Source: the human T2T-CHM13v2.0 reference genome, Homo sapiens
Assembly (NCBI RefSeq): GCF_009914755.1
Contig: NC_060930.1
Direction: 5' to 3' (one strand)
DNA length: 64,000 bases
Shown: piece after piece, positions 14,860 to 30,869 of the stretch
Layout: every line of letters begins with the position of its first letter
Numbering within the stretch: position 1 is the stretch's first letter
The notes under the pieces: generated by a model
The model's input: only the letters and a program-made list of their open reading frames with translations
Told to the model about the DNA's origin: nothing
Database searches by the model: none
Made by a program: the position numbers and the translations under genes

Positions 14860-15210
14860 CAACCATGCTGCCTCCCTTTTTGTCTCTGAACCTGTACCAT
14901 GCTGGCCTCTCTTGAATGCCTCCATTGCCTCCATATCCACCTCCTCTGCTCAGCCTCTAACTGCTCATCTGCTTGCACCTGGCTCAGCTCTTACAGTCTC
15001 CTAAAAGTCTTTCCTGACTTTCCCAGGCCAGATTGAGTACCCTTCTTGGGGAAACCAGCATATGCTATTACTGGTCTCATCACTGAGTAAGATAGTGATC
15101 TGTTTTCACATCTCCCCTCAAGATGGGGGACTGCAGAAGAACTGGAGCAGGGTTATTTAACTTTGACCTGCCTTAGCCCCTGATACAACATGAGTAAATA
15201 TTTTAAGGCT
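14860..15210 (+). mobile_element. L2 fragment
   Basis: Pyrimidine-rich L2-like text (AAAGTCTTTCCTGACT ... GAGTAAATATTT). Boundaries approximate. Confidence 0.45.
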
Positions 15211-15585
15211 GATGTTTCAAATGATTCATTAAAATACATTTTTATACTTTTCATATATTTTTGTTTGTTGAATACAGTAGCAATTTGAATTTTCATCTAC
15301 TTGCAAACCAAGAATGAGGGTGGTTATCTGTGACTTTTAAATTTTCTTTACAGGTCCCATAGATCTTTTGGTAGCTCTATTTATTTTTGTTTTCTTATAG
15401 AATGTAGTTTGCAGTACTTTTAAAACCTGTATAGTATCAGCTCACTGAATATTGCTGATTGCTGAAGAAAAGTGTTTGTTCATTTAAACCCCAGTGATCT
15501 GATCATATTTAAATTGCATTCTTATCTATGTGTTGTCTTTAAATATGTGCTGTCCAATTGGTGCTCATGTAACTTGTAAGAAGCA

Positions 15586-15860
15586 TCATTCATTTGCTAG
15601 GCATTACCTGAGTACTTACTGGGTGTCAGACCCTGCTCTGCTCTGGAAATACAGCAGTGAATGAAGCAGCGAAATTCTCAGGGCTCATGGAGCTTCCACT
15701 ACAGTAGGAAAACTGAAACAACCAAACAAATAAATATAGAGACTGATAAATGGTAATAGTATGAAGCAAAATAAAGCAGGGTGAAAGAGAGAGTTGTGAG
15801 AGGATATAGCACCCTTTTGTGGGGTGGTCAGAGGAAATTTTCCAAATAAGGTGACATTAA
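15586..15860 (-). mobile_element. L2 (L2a-like) 3' fragment
   Basis: TCATTCATT...CATT..CTGAGTACTTACT...TGTCAGAC.CTG.TCT...CTGGAAATACAGCAGTGAA...CTCATGGAGCTT, the reverse complement of the L2 end. Confidence 0.75.
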
Positions 15861-16705
15861 TGTGTAGGCTATTTGGTAATATTGTCTAAATTATTTTTAA
15901 AAATAAGAGTCCTAACTTAATAATTTGCCCTGTTTAAAATGCAGTGATATCAAAAAGAATAAAGTGTTAAAGAGAATGCAATGAAAATAATCTAGTAAAT
16001 TGTGCAATTTCAGGACCTAGTACTAAAAATCAGTGTAAGAGTTATAACCCGACACTAATGAATTAACAAATTATATTTTAATTAAATTTTTATTCCACTA
16101 AAACCCTAATTGAGGAATCATGAATGACTGTGTTTTGTACATTTCAACATAAATATTTTGTGAGTTTATGCAAATATATATTTCCTTTGTGAAAAGTACT
16201 TTTCACATTTCAAAAATAAGAAAAACCTAAATAGCCAAGCAAATCCATTTTTTGTGTCCCCTTTCTCTCTTCTTTTGAAAGTAAAATCGTTACTAGTGAG
16301 CAGATTTAGAAAAACAAACAGGAAATGATGAGACACATGTGAGCAGATAAAGTGTCATATCTAGATTGTCTTTAGAGAGGGCACACGAAAGCAAGCCCCA
16401 AATGCAGGCAAGGCCTGGCCTGCAGGGAAGACACATTCAGATGGAGTCACAGCTCATGAACTTTTTTGGGATACAAATATATAAAAGTTTCTGCTATGGC
16501 AGTTGTATAACAGGATGTATCTGAGAAATTAATGGAATTAAATGAAAAGAGATGAAACTGAGTATTAAAGACGTGCACTATTCATTTGTTTGTTCTGAGC
16601 ATTCTTTCATCCATCACACATTTCAGAAGGTTGCAATTTATTAAGTGCAGTGAAAATCACTGGTGATATAGGCCTTTGTGCAGTGTATACAATTAGTCAT
16701 AAGTA

Positions 16706-16853
16706 CAGTCATGAGCTGCATAATGTGGTTTTGGTGAACGATGAACTGCATATTCGATGGTGGGACCGTAAGATTATAACAGATCTGAAAAATTCATATT
16801 ACCTAGCAATGACATAGCCATTGGAACGTTCAGCAACATATGTTGCCTTTTCT
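16706..16853 (+). mobile_element. Tigger3-family DNA transposon terminal fragment
   Basis: TA|CAGTCATG...CTGCATA..CGATGGTGG..CC.TAAGATTATAA, matching the Tigger3 terminus. Confidence 0.7.
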
Positions 16854-17026
16854 CTTCAGAGATAAGGATGTTCTTTTTCTCCGGGTATAGGAAGGGCACC
16901 CCTCACATATGAGGGTCTTATGACCGGCTTTAGGAAAACAAGGTGGGAGAATGTGTGAGAGAACTTCCTGCTTCTTCCATTTTTAAAGATGTGGCATATT
17001 TGGGGATCGCTGTCCTGACCCTGTCA
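16854..17026 (-). mobile_element. ERV1 LTR fragment (MER31/MER39-like)
   Basis: Similar to 45930-46200: CTCC.GGTATAGG..AG.AC.CCT..CACAT...GAGG.TCTT ... ATATTT.GGG....TGT.CTGA.CCC. Confidence 0.55.
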
Positions 17027-18639
17027 TCACTCAATCCCTACTTTGGACTTTAGATTATCTTGCAATGCCTTCTCATTATTATTTATTCAAATGGGACCCT
17101 AACACAAAACCAATGTGGTATAGAAAGTTAACAGCAAGAAGGGCTAGTGTCTCTGAGGCTGCAGTAAACAGGAGGAAGGGCGTGGTCCACTCTCAGAATG
17201 CTGTCATGGTTCAGAGCTGAGGGATTTAATATTGTTTGGGTATTTTTTTCTCTTCTCTCACCCTCTTGCCCCATTCCTCACTTTATAGCAACACCGATGT
17301 ATTTACCAACCTCAAGTGTACTAACTTGAGCAGTTTGGGGAATCGGGGATTAAGATCTTGTGCTTCTTGGGGCCCTGGGGACAATGGTTGAACTGTGTCA
17401 GGCAGCCAGACTGGAATCAGGTGGAGTCACTGGCAGGTTAGAAGCCCTTAATTTTGTCATGCCTCTCACTTCCTGTGACCCTGACCTGCCCCTACCCACT
17501 CACCCACATGGCTCCAGCCATACTGGCTTCCTTGATTTTCCAAGAAAACAAAACTCCCAGGTCTCCCGCTGGCCTTCATCAGGAATGAGTTTCTCCAACT
17601 CTTGGCCAACTTCCCCTCTTCAGGGCTGTGCTCCGATATATCAAACAGCCATCCTTGGCACCCATTCTCATCCCCCTCTCCCCAGGGACACAGTGATGTT
17701 TCTCCAGAGCTCAATACCATGCCTGTCCCAGGCAAAACACTGGGATAAGAAAGACATTTTGTCTGTGGCTCTCGCTACCATCCAGTAATAGCTCCAAATG
17801 ATTTTAGACAGCAAGGATTAAAGGATGGTGATCTAGTTGAAAGTGTGCAGGCATGGTGGGGGGTAGACGTCTTACATTAAAACGATGTTTACTTATCAAG
17901 CATTTAGTTATTTGGGCGGCTTTGGTGGAGGGCTCAGTTGAAGGAGACGAAGTTGGGGAGAGAGGACTGAGACATCCTGAGACATCCCTTCTAGCTGCTG
18001 CTGGAACCTTCTTACTTTTCTTACTTTCAACAAACACGTTCTCAGCTCTCCTTTATTTAGTCATGAATTTACTCATTTATTCAAGAAACATGCGTTGAGC
18101 ATCTTTGTTACTGCCATTAGTTCCAATAATATCTTCTATTTCTAATCTGCTTCATTTTGTCCTATTCTGCCTGCTATTAAAACCCACCTCTTCTGTGAGA
18201 ATCCCATAGATTATTGTTATTCTTCTAACATACCGTTCATTCTTTAAACCCAGAAGAGTGCAACTTTCATGATGGTATTTGGAGCACGGAGGCAGGCAGG
18301 TAGGGTTTAGAGGGTAAGAGGGAGACAAGCAGAGCTGAAGGGTTTTGAAACTGCCTTCAAAGCCAACGCATACACCACCACTTATTCATTCTAAGATAGG
18401 TCTTTGTGATTAAAATTTAGTGATGTTCAATTTATATTTATTGCTTTTCATTGTTTTATTAAATATTTCATTCGACAAGTACTTATTGAGCATTTATGAT
18501 AAGCCAGACATTGATTAGATGCTGTACATACAGCATCTAAATTCTTGCCCTGGTAGTGCTTGAGATCTTGAATAAGGTGAAATCATAAGAATGCCATATT
18601 ATTTCTTGGCATTAGTGAAACTTGATACATTTATTTTGT

Positions 18640-19521
18640 TTCTTTGATTAAACTTCCTTTTGTAAGTTCCAGGATACATGGCAGGATGTGCAGATTTGTT
18701 ACATAGGTAAATGTGTGCCATGGTGGTTTGCGGCACCTATCAACCCAGCACCTAGGAATTCAGCCCAGCAAGCATTAGTTATTTATCCTGATGCTCTCCC
18801 TCCCCATGCACCTCCACCCCACAAGAGGCCCCAGTGTGTGTTGTTTCCCTCCCTGTGTCCACGTGTTCTCATTGTTCAGCTCCAACTTGTAAGTGAGAAT
18901 ATACGGTGTTTAGGTTTTCTGTTCCTGAGTTAGTTTTCCAAGGTTAATGGCTTCCAGCTCCATCCATGTTCCTGCAAAGGACGTAATCTTGCTCCTTTTT
19001 ATGGCTGCATAGTATTCCTTGGTATATATGTACCACATTTTCTTTATCAAGTTTATCATTGATGGGCATTTGGGTTGATTCCATGTCTTTGCTATCATGA
19101 ATAGCACTGAAGTGAATGTACACATGCATGTATCTTTATAATAGAATGATTTATATTCCTTTGTGTATATACCCAGGAATGGGATTGCTGGGTCAAATGT
19201 ATGTCTGGCTCTAGGTCTTTGAGGAATCACCACACTGTCTTCCACAATGGTTGAACTAAATTACATTCCCATAAACAGTGTAAAAGCGTTCCTATTTCTC
19301 CATAGCCTCTCCAGAATCTATTGCTTCTTGACTTTTCAATACTCGTCATTCTGACTTGTGTGAGATGATATCTCATTGTGGTTTTGATTTGCATTTCTCT
19401 AATGATCGTGATGATGATGATGTTGAGCTTTTTTCATGTTTCTTGGCCACATAAATGTCTTCTTTTGAGAAATGTCTGTTCATGTCTTTTGCCCACTTCT
19501 TAATGGGGTTGTTTGTTTTTT
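18640..19521 (-). mobile_element. 5'-truncated older L1PA (3' end of ORF2 plus 3'UTR)
   Basis: ORF 18910-19245 translates to the L1 ORF2 C-terminus (FDPAIPFLGIY.KEYKSFYYKDTC...[11 protein letters not shown]). It is clearly more diverged than the full-length copy. Confidence 0.92.
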
Positions 19522-20675
19522 TAAGAAAAGACATTTTTTAATCAATTATTTTTCATGAAATCTAAATATGCCTTATCAGTGCTCCAATCTGTGTGGGCTG
19601 GTTGTTTCTAAATTTTATTTTTAATAATTGAGTGATATTAAATAAAATTCTTGCTATATTTGGTTTAAAATGGTTTTGATGTTTAGCTTTTGTTAGTGGC
19701 ATTTACAAATTCTAAACAACTTGTACCACATCTATTATATTCTTTAGCTTCTGCTGGGATTTGCTGTGTAAAAGAGAGTGGGAACAATGTAGCTCACATT
19801 ATTCTGATAATTAACATCTGTGAAGGACAAGCTTCTGCATAAATTTTTCCCATAATGGGAGGAAGTGAATAGAAACAGAATGAGCATTGTGAGCTATGGT
19901 TTTAATATTTAAAATATTTTTCTCTTAGGAACTGAACCTCTAGCTTCTGCACATAAAAGCAGTCTTTTTTTTTTTTTCATTTTTTTGCCCAAATAAAGAT
20001 GATTCCAAATAAACTATTATATTTTGTTTGATGTCTTCCTTTCTACTCAACAAAACCAATGATTTGCAATTTGAATAACTTTTCAAGCAATTTCTCTTTG
20101 TTTTTTAAAAATCTTTTTTATATAATTTATGAAATGAAGATTTAATCAACATTTGAAAGGAGTGATGCCATCTCGATATTTTTACTTAAATTTCTTTTAC
20201 TAGACCTTTCACAGTGGATTCAGGCATAAGTGCAGGGTTTTAAACTTTTTCCCCTATCAACTAATAATGAGGTGAGTTATGAAAAATAATAATTTGTCAT
20301 AATTTCCAAAAGAAATTATTACAGCCTTCCTATTACTAGTGTCAAAAGATGAATTAACTTTCTTTTGTTACCTAACCATAGCCATGTTGCTAACTTGATC
20401 TCAGCTCTCTTGGAAAAATGAGAATACTTCCATATTTAGGCAATATTCCTTCTAGCTGTTAAGATGACTTCAGTTTAATTTGGTTGTCTTTCTTCTAGTA
20501 ACTGCCTCATTCAGAGAAGATATTACCAACACTTTTTGTCACTTTTGATTCCCCTCTGGAGCTCTTTTATTCCCCTTGCCTTGATAACTTGTTTGTGCAG
20601 ACTTTTCTGGAATTGGAGCATTGTTTGTATCTTTTAAAAAACAATATGCTAATTATTTTGAAAAAACAATATGTT

Positions 20676-20856
20676 GTTTCTTGACTTTTTAGTAATTGCC
20701 ATTCTGACTGGCATGAGATGGTATTTCATTGTGGTTTTCATTTGCATTTCTGTAATCATCAGTGATGTTGAACCTTTTTTCATATGTTTGTTGGCTGCAT
20801 AAGTGTCTTCTTTTGAGAATTGTTTGTTCATGTCTTTTGCCCACTTTTTAATGGGA
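20676..20856 (-). mobile_element. Short internal L1 ORF2 fragment flanked by a direct repeat
   Basis: Translates to [30 protein letters not shown]. Flanked by AAAAAACAATATGTT (20661-20675) and AAAAAACCAATATGTT (~20882-20897). Confidence 0.85.
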
Positions 20857-20979
20857 CTGCAATTAAAAAAATATGTACTTAAAAAAACCAATATGTTAAT
20901 TAATTTGAATTTTTAGGACTTTTTTCAGTATAACAGTTTTACTTTTACTGATGATATTTTTATAAGTATTGATGCAATC

Positions 20980-21222
20980 TTATTTCTTTTCTTTCCTAAA
21001 ATTGTGGTAAAGGCCCATGATGTAAAGTTTAACATCATAACCATTTGTAACTGTACAGTTCAAGTTGTGGTAAGTGGTAAGTGCATTAACGTTGTGCAAC
21101 CAATTTTCCAAACGTTTTTTCATCTTGCAAGACTGAAACTCTATGCCCATTAAACAGCTCCTCACTCCCTGCTCCCCACATCCCCTGCTAACCACCGCTT
21201 TACTTTCTGTCTCTCTGAAATG
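20980..21222 (-). mobile_element. L1MB-type 3' end fragment
   Basis: AATTGTGGTAAA...CATCATAACCATTT...TGTACAGTTCA...CATCTTGCAA.ACTGAAACTCT...CCCATTAAACA...CTACTTTCTGTCTCT-like text. Confidence 0.8.
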
Positions 21223-23999
21223 GACATAATGAATTTCATAAGAGATTTTTCATGTACGTTAGGTGCACAGTGAAGTGTATTTGTTTTTGTATAGATTATT
21301 GGCAATATGGCCTCCAAATGTTAAAAAAGAGAAGAAAGTTAAGTCAGTTATGTTTTCTACTTGGAATGTTTAGCAGCCACAGAGAGTTAAGTAAGAAAAC
21401 TGTACCTGTACTAAAAAATTATCACAACATATGAAATACATATAATTTAATTAGACATTAAAATATCAGGGTAAAAAGGTGTTTTTAAACCCTGTCTAAA
21501 ACATTATATACATTGTATAACATTGCATACATTGTATAATGAATGCATACATAAAAGGTTATAAAACCTTTAAAAATGATATAAGTTGTTTTAGGCCAGT
21601 TGAATTAGCTACATGCCATTTCCCAAATATGCTGTTTAATATCCCTTAAACCAATGGGCACATGTACGTGTGTATTTTTGTATTCAATTCACTTTTACCT
21701 GCAAAGACCCTGATTCTGACATCCTTATTAAAACTTGGAATTGTTTGATTTTTTTAAAAGATTTGATAATTGCAAAGGGTATCTAGTTATGCCTCAAGAT
21801 CACTGGCCTCTCTCTATAGCATTTTGCCAAAAATACTCCTTAAAGCAACTGTCCTGTATCTGAATGTAGATTCTATTATATTTCCATCCAAGCATTTTTG
21901 CTAATATCATTTGTATGTTACTTTGATGTAATGAAACCCAGAAGGTGCAATTTCATGTTAAAGAGCATAATCAGGGCTTATCATGTCCTAATGCCAAACC
22001 AAAATTTGGTTCTAATGTAAAACTTGATAATAAAATTTGAAACCAAAGGGGTTTTCCTGATTTACGTAAACTATTAAATCCCCTTTATTTTGGCATATTA
22101 AGTTAAAATAAACTATAAGAGTAACTTAAACGAATATGCTTACTTACATTTTTATTATTCTACTTGGCCTCATTGAGCCCTGTTTCAAGGACTTAACTCA
22201 ATGCTCATTTGGTTACTCTTTTTCATTTTCCCATTTCCTTCCATTGTTTGAAGCTTGGAATAAATTATACAAGCTAAACTATATTATTTTTTCATTATCT
22301 TAGTCTTTCTTTTCTGATGATGAATATGCTTTAGAAATGGCTTCTTCAGTAAAACATTGTTTCATCAGTCATTGCTATCTGATTTAATATGCAAAGTATA
22401 CATGAAGTATTACAAAGGAGAATCTTTACATTAAATTTTATTCTGTTTGCCATTTGTCATCCTTTGAGAATTATTTATAAAGCAAATTCCATTTCTAAAA
22501 AGAAGATATAATATGATCTGGTCCTTCTCCCTACTCTTTTTATTGCTATTTGTAATTAATAGTGAGGGAAGCACTGTCTTGAGTCATTGGAACATGCTAG
22601 GAAATCATTCTGTGATGCACACCTTCAAGTATAAGAAGATAAATCACAAACAGTAAATTGGATATCATGTTAAAATATCTGCAAACAATTTTTTAGCCAT
22701 AAATGCATTTTATAAATATGTATTTAATTATACATCTTAAAATATAGGTTTGATCATGCATCTCGACAATGAAAAACCGAAGGGTTTGTGAAATTCTATC
22801 CTAAGCAGAGAAAATCTGTGGTTTTTTTTGTTGTGTGGTGTTATATATTACACAAGTAGCATGTGCTTTTTAATTACCTGCCGTCATCTATATGAACTTG
22901 TTGAGGAAATGAAAATTAGCTTAGGTCTTACAATCTACCATTGGACACATTTCAACAAAAAGTAATAACTCACTCCAACTTTTCAACTCTTTTAAGGTCT
23001 TCTGTTACAAATTGTAATGAAAAGAATCATACGATTTGTGTGAAATTCATAAGTAAAATTGTTCTTTCCAGTAGGAAAAAAGTGGTTAAAAATACCCTAC
23101 TTTTTTCTTCCTCTCTTTTCCTTTGTTTTGGTCAGTTTTCCGTCCCACATCCTGTTCTGTCTTCTTTTGCTTTATTGTTATTAAATACTTTCCTGTCCTA
23201 AATCTTGAATTCTGACATATTTTTGCATGGCTTTAAGGTTATATTTGACTTTAACATGATTTTTATATATTTTTTACTTATTTTTGGTAATACTTCATAC
23301 ATTCATTGTGCAGCATTTTGAATGGGAAAAAGAGATAATCACTTTTTCTCTTCTTTATTCCTTCGAATTTTCATTATTTCCCTCAATTTATAAATCTTTA
23401 TAACTTAGGCTTTCTCCCCTTTCTTTTTCGCAATTGGGTTATGTTTTCACATCCTGGGTCTAGCTTGGTACAGGGGTAGTCAGAGGGCTGTGACTTCAGG
23501 GAAGCAGAAGCCTCCTCCTCTTCGCATTCTCCTCAATATCCATAACTGTTGCTTGGCGCGTTGGCCCAGAGGGGTGAGGTAGGAACACCTATCTGAACAC
23601 TTCCCTTTCTTTCCTCTTCTGCCTTCCATGATCGCTCAAGCTGAGGGATTCAGCTTTCAGGTTTCCACCACTTTTACATCATACCGTCCTTTCTGCTACT
23701 CAAAAGTACCAAAGAGTGGAGGTGGAGGGAAGAGCCCTATGTCATTTAGAAAGAAGTTCCATTATCTTTTGCTTCTCTCTGCTTCATTTCCCTCGATTTG
23801 ATTATTTTTTATACCTTCAATCTTGCTCTTTTAGTCACATCCCTTCTTGTTTTTTGTATTTTTCATTTGATTTAAAAGAGTGTTTTCTTAGCATATTCTT
23901 ACAACTTGTGCTGTAAAATTTTATTCAAAGATTATCATGAATATTAGGAAGAAAACCAGATAAATTCTAAACCATTTTTCTGTCTTCAAGTATAAAACT

Positions 24000-24110
24000 A
24001 ATATTCAGATATTAGTTTGGGGATTTTTCACAATGTTACAAAGCTAGTGAGTAGCCCTAATGGAGCTAGAACCTAGGTCTGCTATATCCAGTCCTTTCTT
24101 TCTATTATAG
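24000..24110 (-). mobile_element. MIR fragment
   Basis: GTTACAAAGCTAGTGAGT...GAGCTAGAACCTAGGTCTG, the reverse MIR core. Confidence 0.5.
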
Positions 24111-24189
24111 CACTAAAACTCTTGCAGCTGAATGTTAGAGAAGACTCATATGCTTCTTTACAGAAAATTTAAGTATTTTTTTTTAACAA

Positions 24190-24650
24190 TGGTTGACCTG
24201 ATTCAGAGATGGAAATGTAAATAATTGGATGTAATAAGTAGGGAATAATGTGGGATAAGATTAAGTGGAAAGGCGGAAGCTGGATTGTGAGGGGCCCTGA
24301 ATGACAATCTGAGGTAGCGCATTGTCCTGCGTAGATAGTGGGGGAGATGATAAAGAAGGAAATTAGTGTTATTAAAGTCTATGTTTCAGGCACTAACTAT
24401 TGTGAATCAAGTATTTTATTAAAGAACACCGAGTATATATGTAACACGCGGTGCTGATAAAGAGTATTTGGGTTGTCACCAGCATGCATGTTGAATTGGA
24501 CTCTAGCAGCTGTTTCAACAGTCCACACATTAAATGATAAGGAGTTGGAGTGGAAAGATGGTGGAAGAGGAGATAGAATTGGCAAATAATAGAATACTAG
24601 TGATCAAGAGGAGGGAGACATAAAGGGTGAATTCACAATGTTAGCAGCAG
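24190..24650 (-). mobile_element. L2 fragment
   Basis: Purine-rich L2 antisense text (GGATTGTGAGGGGCCCTGAATG...). Boundaries approximate. Confidence 0.45.
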
Positions 24651-25312
24651 AGGATGAGATGCAAGTAATCTATTTCTTTTAAGCAAGAGCAAAATAAAAA
24701 TCTCATAATTTTTAGTTGGATTTGACAGAATAATCCTCACAACTTATCTGGAAAAATTAACAAGCAAGGAAATCAAATGACATTTTCCAATAAGTTAATA
24801 AAAGGTAGACTTATCTCAATTAAGTTTCAACAAATTTTAGAAAGGAAATAGAACTGAGACAACCTTAAATTATCTCTGAAGGAGTACATACACACCGACC
24901 AGTCATACACCTCAGCACATGTTTTAAAAACTAGAGGGGCCTCACACAACAGCAAGGAAAGGTAAACAGTCATCAAAGGCATCTGGAAACAGGATTAATG
25001 ACTTGGAAGGAAACAAGAAATTGTTAGCATTCCTGTTGCCATATATTTAAATAAATTATAGGTGATTTTGAAAATAAATACAAAGAATCAAGGTAGAGAA
25101 AATAAAGAGCATTTCCTTATTGAAATGATACATCATATTTATTTTAGAAAAATTAGATAATATAGAAAAATGTAGGCAAGGAGGAAAAAAAGTTTCTACC
25201 AGAAGGAACCAGTGTTAATGTTTTGGCAGATTTTCTTCCATATTATTCTTTCCTATCTTAGTTGACTTATTATTACATATCATTTTATATTCAACGTAAG
25301 TATTTTTTCAGG

Positions 25313-25713
25313 TATAGGAGTTTATGCCAACTGCCGTAGAAAATAATCCTCTGAATCTCCGTGGCTTGACATAGTAAGGCCATCTGTCACTCATCTGTCA
25401 GTCCAGTGGGTCATGGACAGGCCTCTGCTCCAGGCAGTCACTCAGGGACCTAAGTTACTTTGATTCTTTTCCTGAATCCTCTCCTGTATCCTTTTCCCAT
25501 ACATGTGGGAGGAGAACATGTAGGCTAATCATTATGAGGGACGTTTATGGTCCCAGACTAGAGGTTCCATTCTTCACTTTCATCTACTTTTTGTTGATCG
25601 GAAATCAGCCAATCACATAGCCATGAATAACTTCAAAGAAGGCTGGGAAATACAGTCCAGCTGTGTACCTCAAAGGAAAAGGGAAATGGTCTGAACAGTG
25701 AGTCTTTCCCACA
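25313..25713 (-). mobile_element. MaLR solo LTR (MLT1I/J/K-like)
   Basis: AATCTC.GTGGCTT ... CTCTGCTCCA.GCAGTCACTCAGGGACC ... CACAT.GCC...AACT.CAA.G.AGGCTGGGAAAT..AGTC.AGCTGTGT.CC. Confidence 0.72.
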
Positions 25714-25960
25714 CTAGTTATTAGAACCCCCTTATTAACATCATTTTTTTTTATTATTATACTTTAAGTTTTAGGGTACATGTGCACATTGTGCAGGTTA
25801 GTTACATATGTATACATATGCCATGCTGGTGTGCTGCACCCACTAACTGGTCATCTAGCATTACGTATATCTCCCAATGCTATCCCTCCCCCCTCCCCCC
25901 ACCCCACCACAGTCCCCAGAGTGTGATATTCCCCTTCCTGTGTCCATGTGATCTCATTGT

Positions 25961-29788
<3,828 letters not shown>

Positions 29789-29851
29789 TATGATGTTAGC
29801 TGGTGATTTTGCTCGTTAGTTGATGCAGTTTCTTCCTAGTCTCGATGGTCT

Positions 29852-30869
29852 TTACATTTTGGCATGATTTTGCAGCGGCTGGTACCAGTTGTTCCTTTCC
29901 ATGTTTAGTGCTTCCTTCAGGAGCTCTTTTAGGGCAGTCCTGGTGGTGACAAAATCTCTCAGCATTTGCTTGTCTGTAAAGTATTTTATTTCTCCTTCAC
30001 TTATGAAGCTTAGTTTGGCTGGATATGAAATTCTGGGTTGAAAATTCTTTTCTTTAAGAATGTTGAATATTGGCCCCCACTCTCTTCTGGCTTGTAGGGT
30101 TTCTGCCGAGAGATCCGCTGTTAGTCTGATGGGCTTCCCTTTGAGGGTAACCCGACCTTTCTCTCTGGCTGCCCTTAACATTTTTTCCTTCATTTCAACT
30201 TTGGTGAATCTGACAATTATGTGTCTTGGAGTTGGCTCTTCTCGAGGAGTATCTTTGTGGCGTTCTCTGTATTTCCTGAATCTGAACGTTGGCCTGCCTT
30301 GCTAGATTGGGGAAGTTCTCCTGGATAATATCCTGCAGAGTGTTTTCCAACTTGGTTCCATTCTCCCCATCACTTTCAGGTACACCAATCAGACGTAGAT
30401 TTGGTCTTTTCACATAGTCCCATATTTCTTGGAGGCTTTGCTCATTTCTTTTTATTCTTTTTTCTCTAAACTTCCCTTCTCGCTTCATTTCATTCATTTC
30501 ATCTTCCATTGCTGATACCCTTTCTTCTAGTTGATCGCATTGGCTCCTGAGGCTTCTGCATTCTTCACGTAGTTCTCGAGCCTTGGTTTTCAGCTCCATC
30601 AGCTCCTTTAAGCACTTCTCTGTATTGGTTATTCTAGTTATACATTCTTCTAAATTTTTTTCAAAGTTTTCAACTTCTTTGCCTTTGGTTTGAATGTCCT
30701 CCCGTAGCTCAGAGTAATTTGATCGTCTGAAGCCTTCTTCTCTCAGCTCGTCAAAGTCATTCTCCATCCAGCTTTGTTCCGTTGCTGGTGAGGAACTGCG
30801 TTCCTTTGGAGGAGGAGAGGTGCTCTGCGTTTTAGAGTTTCCCGTTTTTCTGTTCTGTTTTTTCCCCAT
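29852..30869 (-). pseudogene. L1 ORF1p, frameshifted
   Basis: MGKKQNRKTGNSKTQ... runs 224 aa and goes out of frame after YSSRRA because of one extra base at ~30234-30235. The C-terminus (MKEKMLRAAREKGR...NHAKM) is in another frame. Confidence 0.95.
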
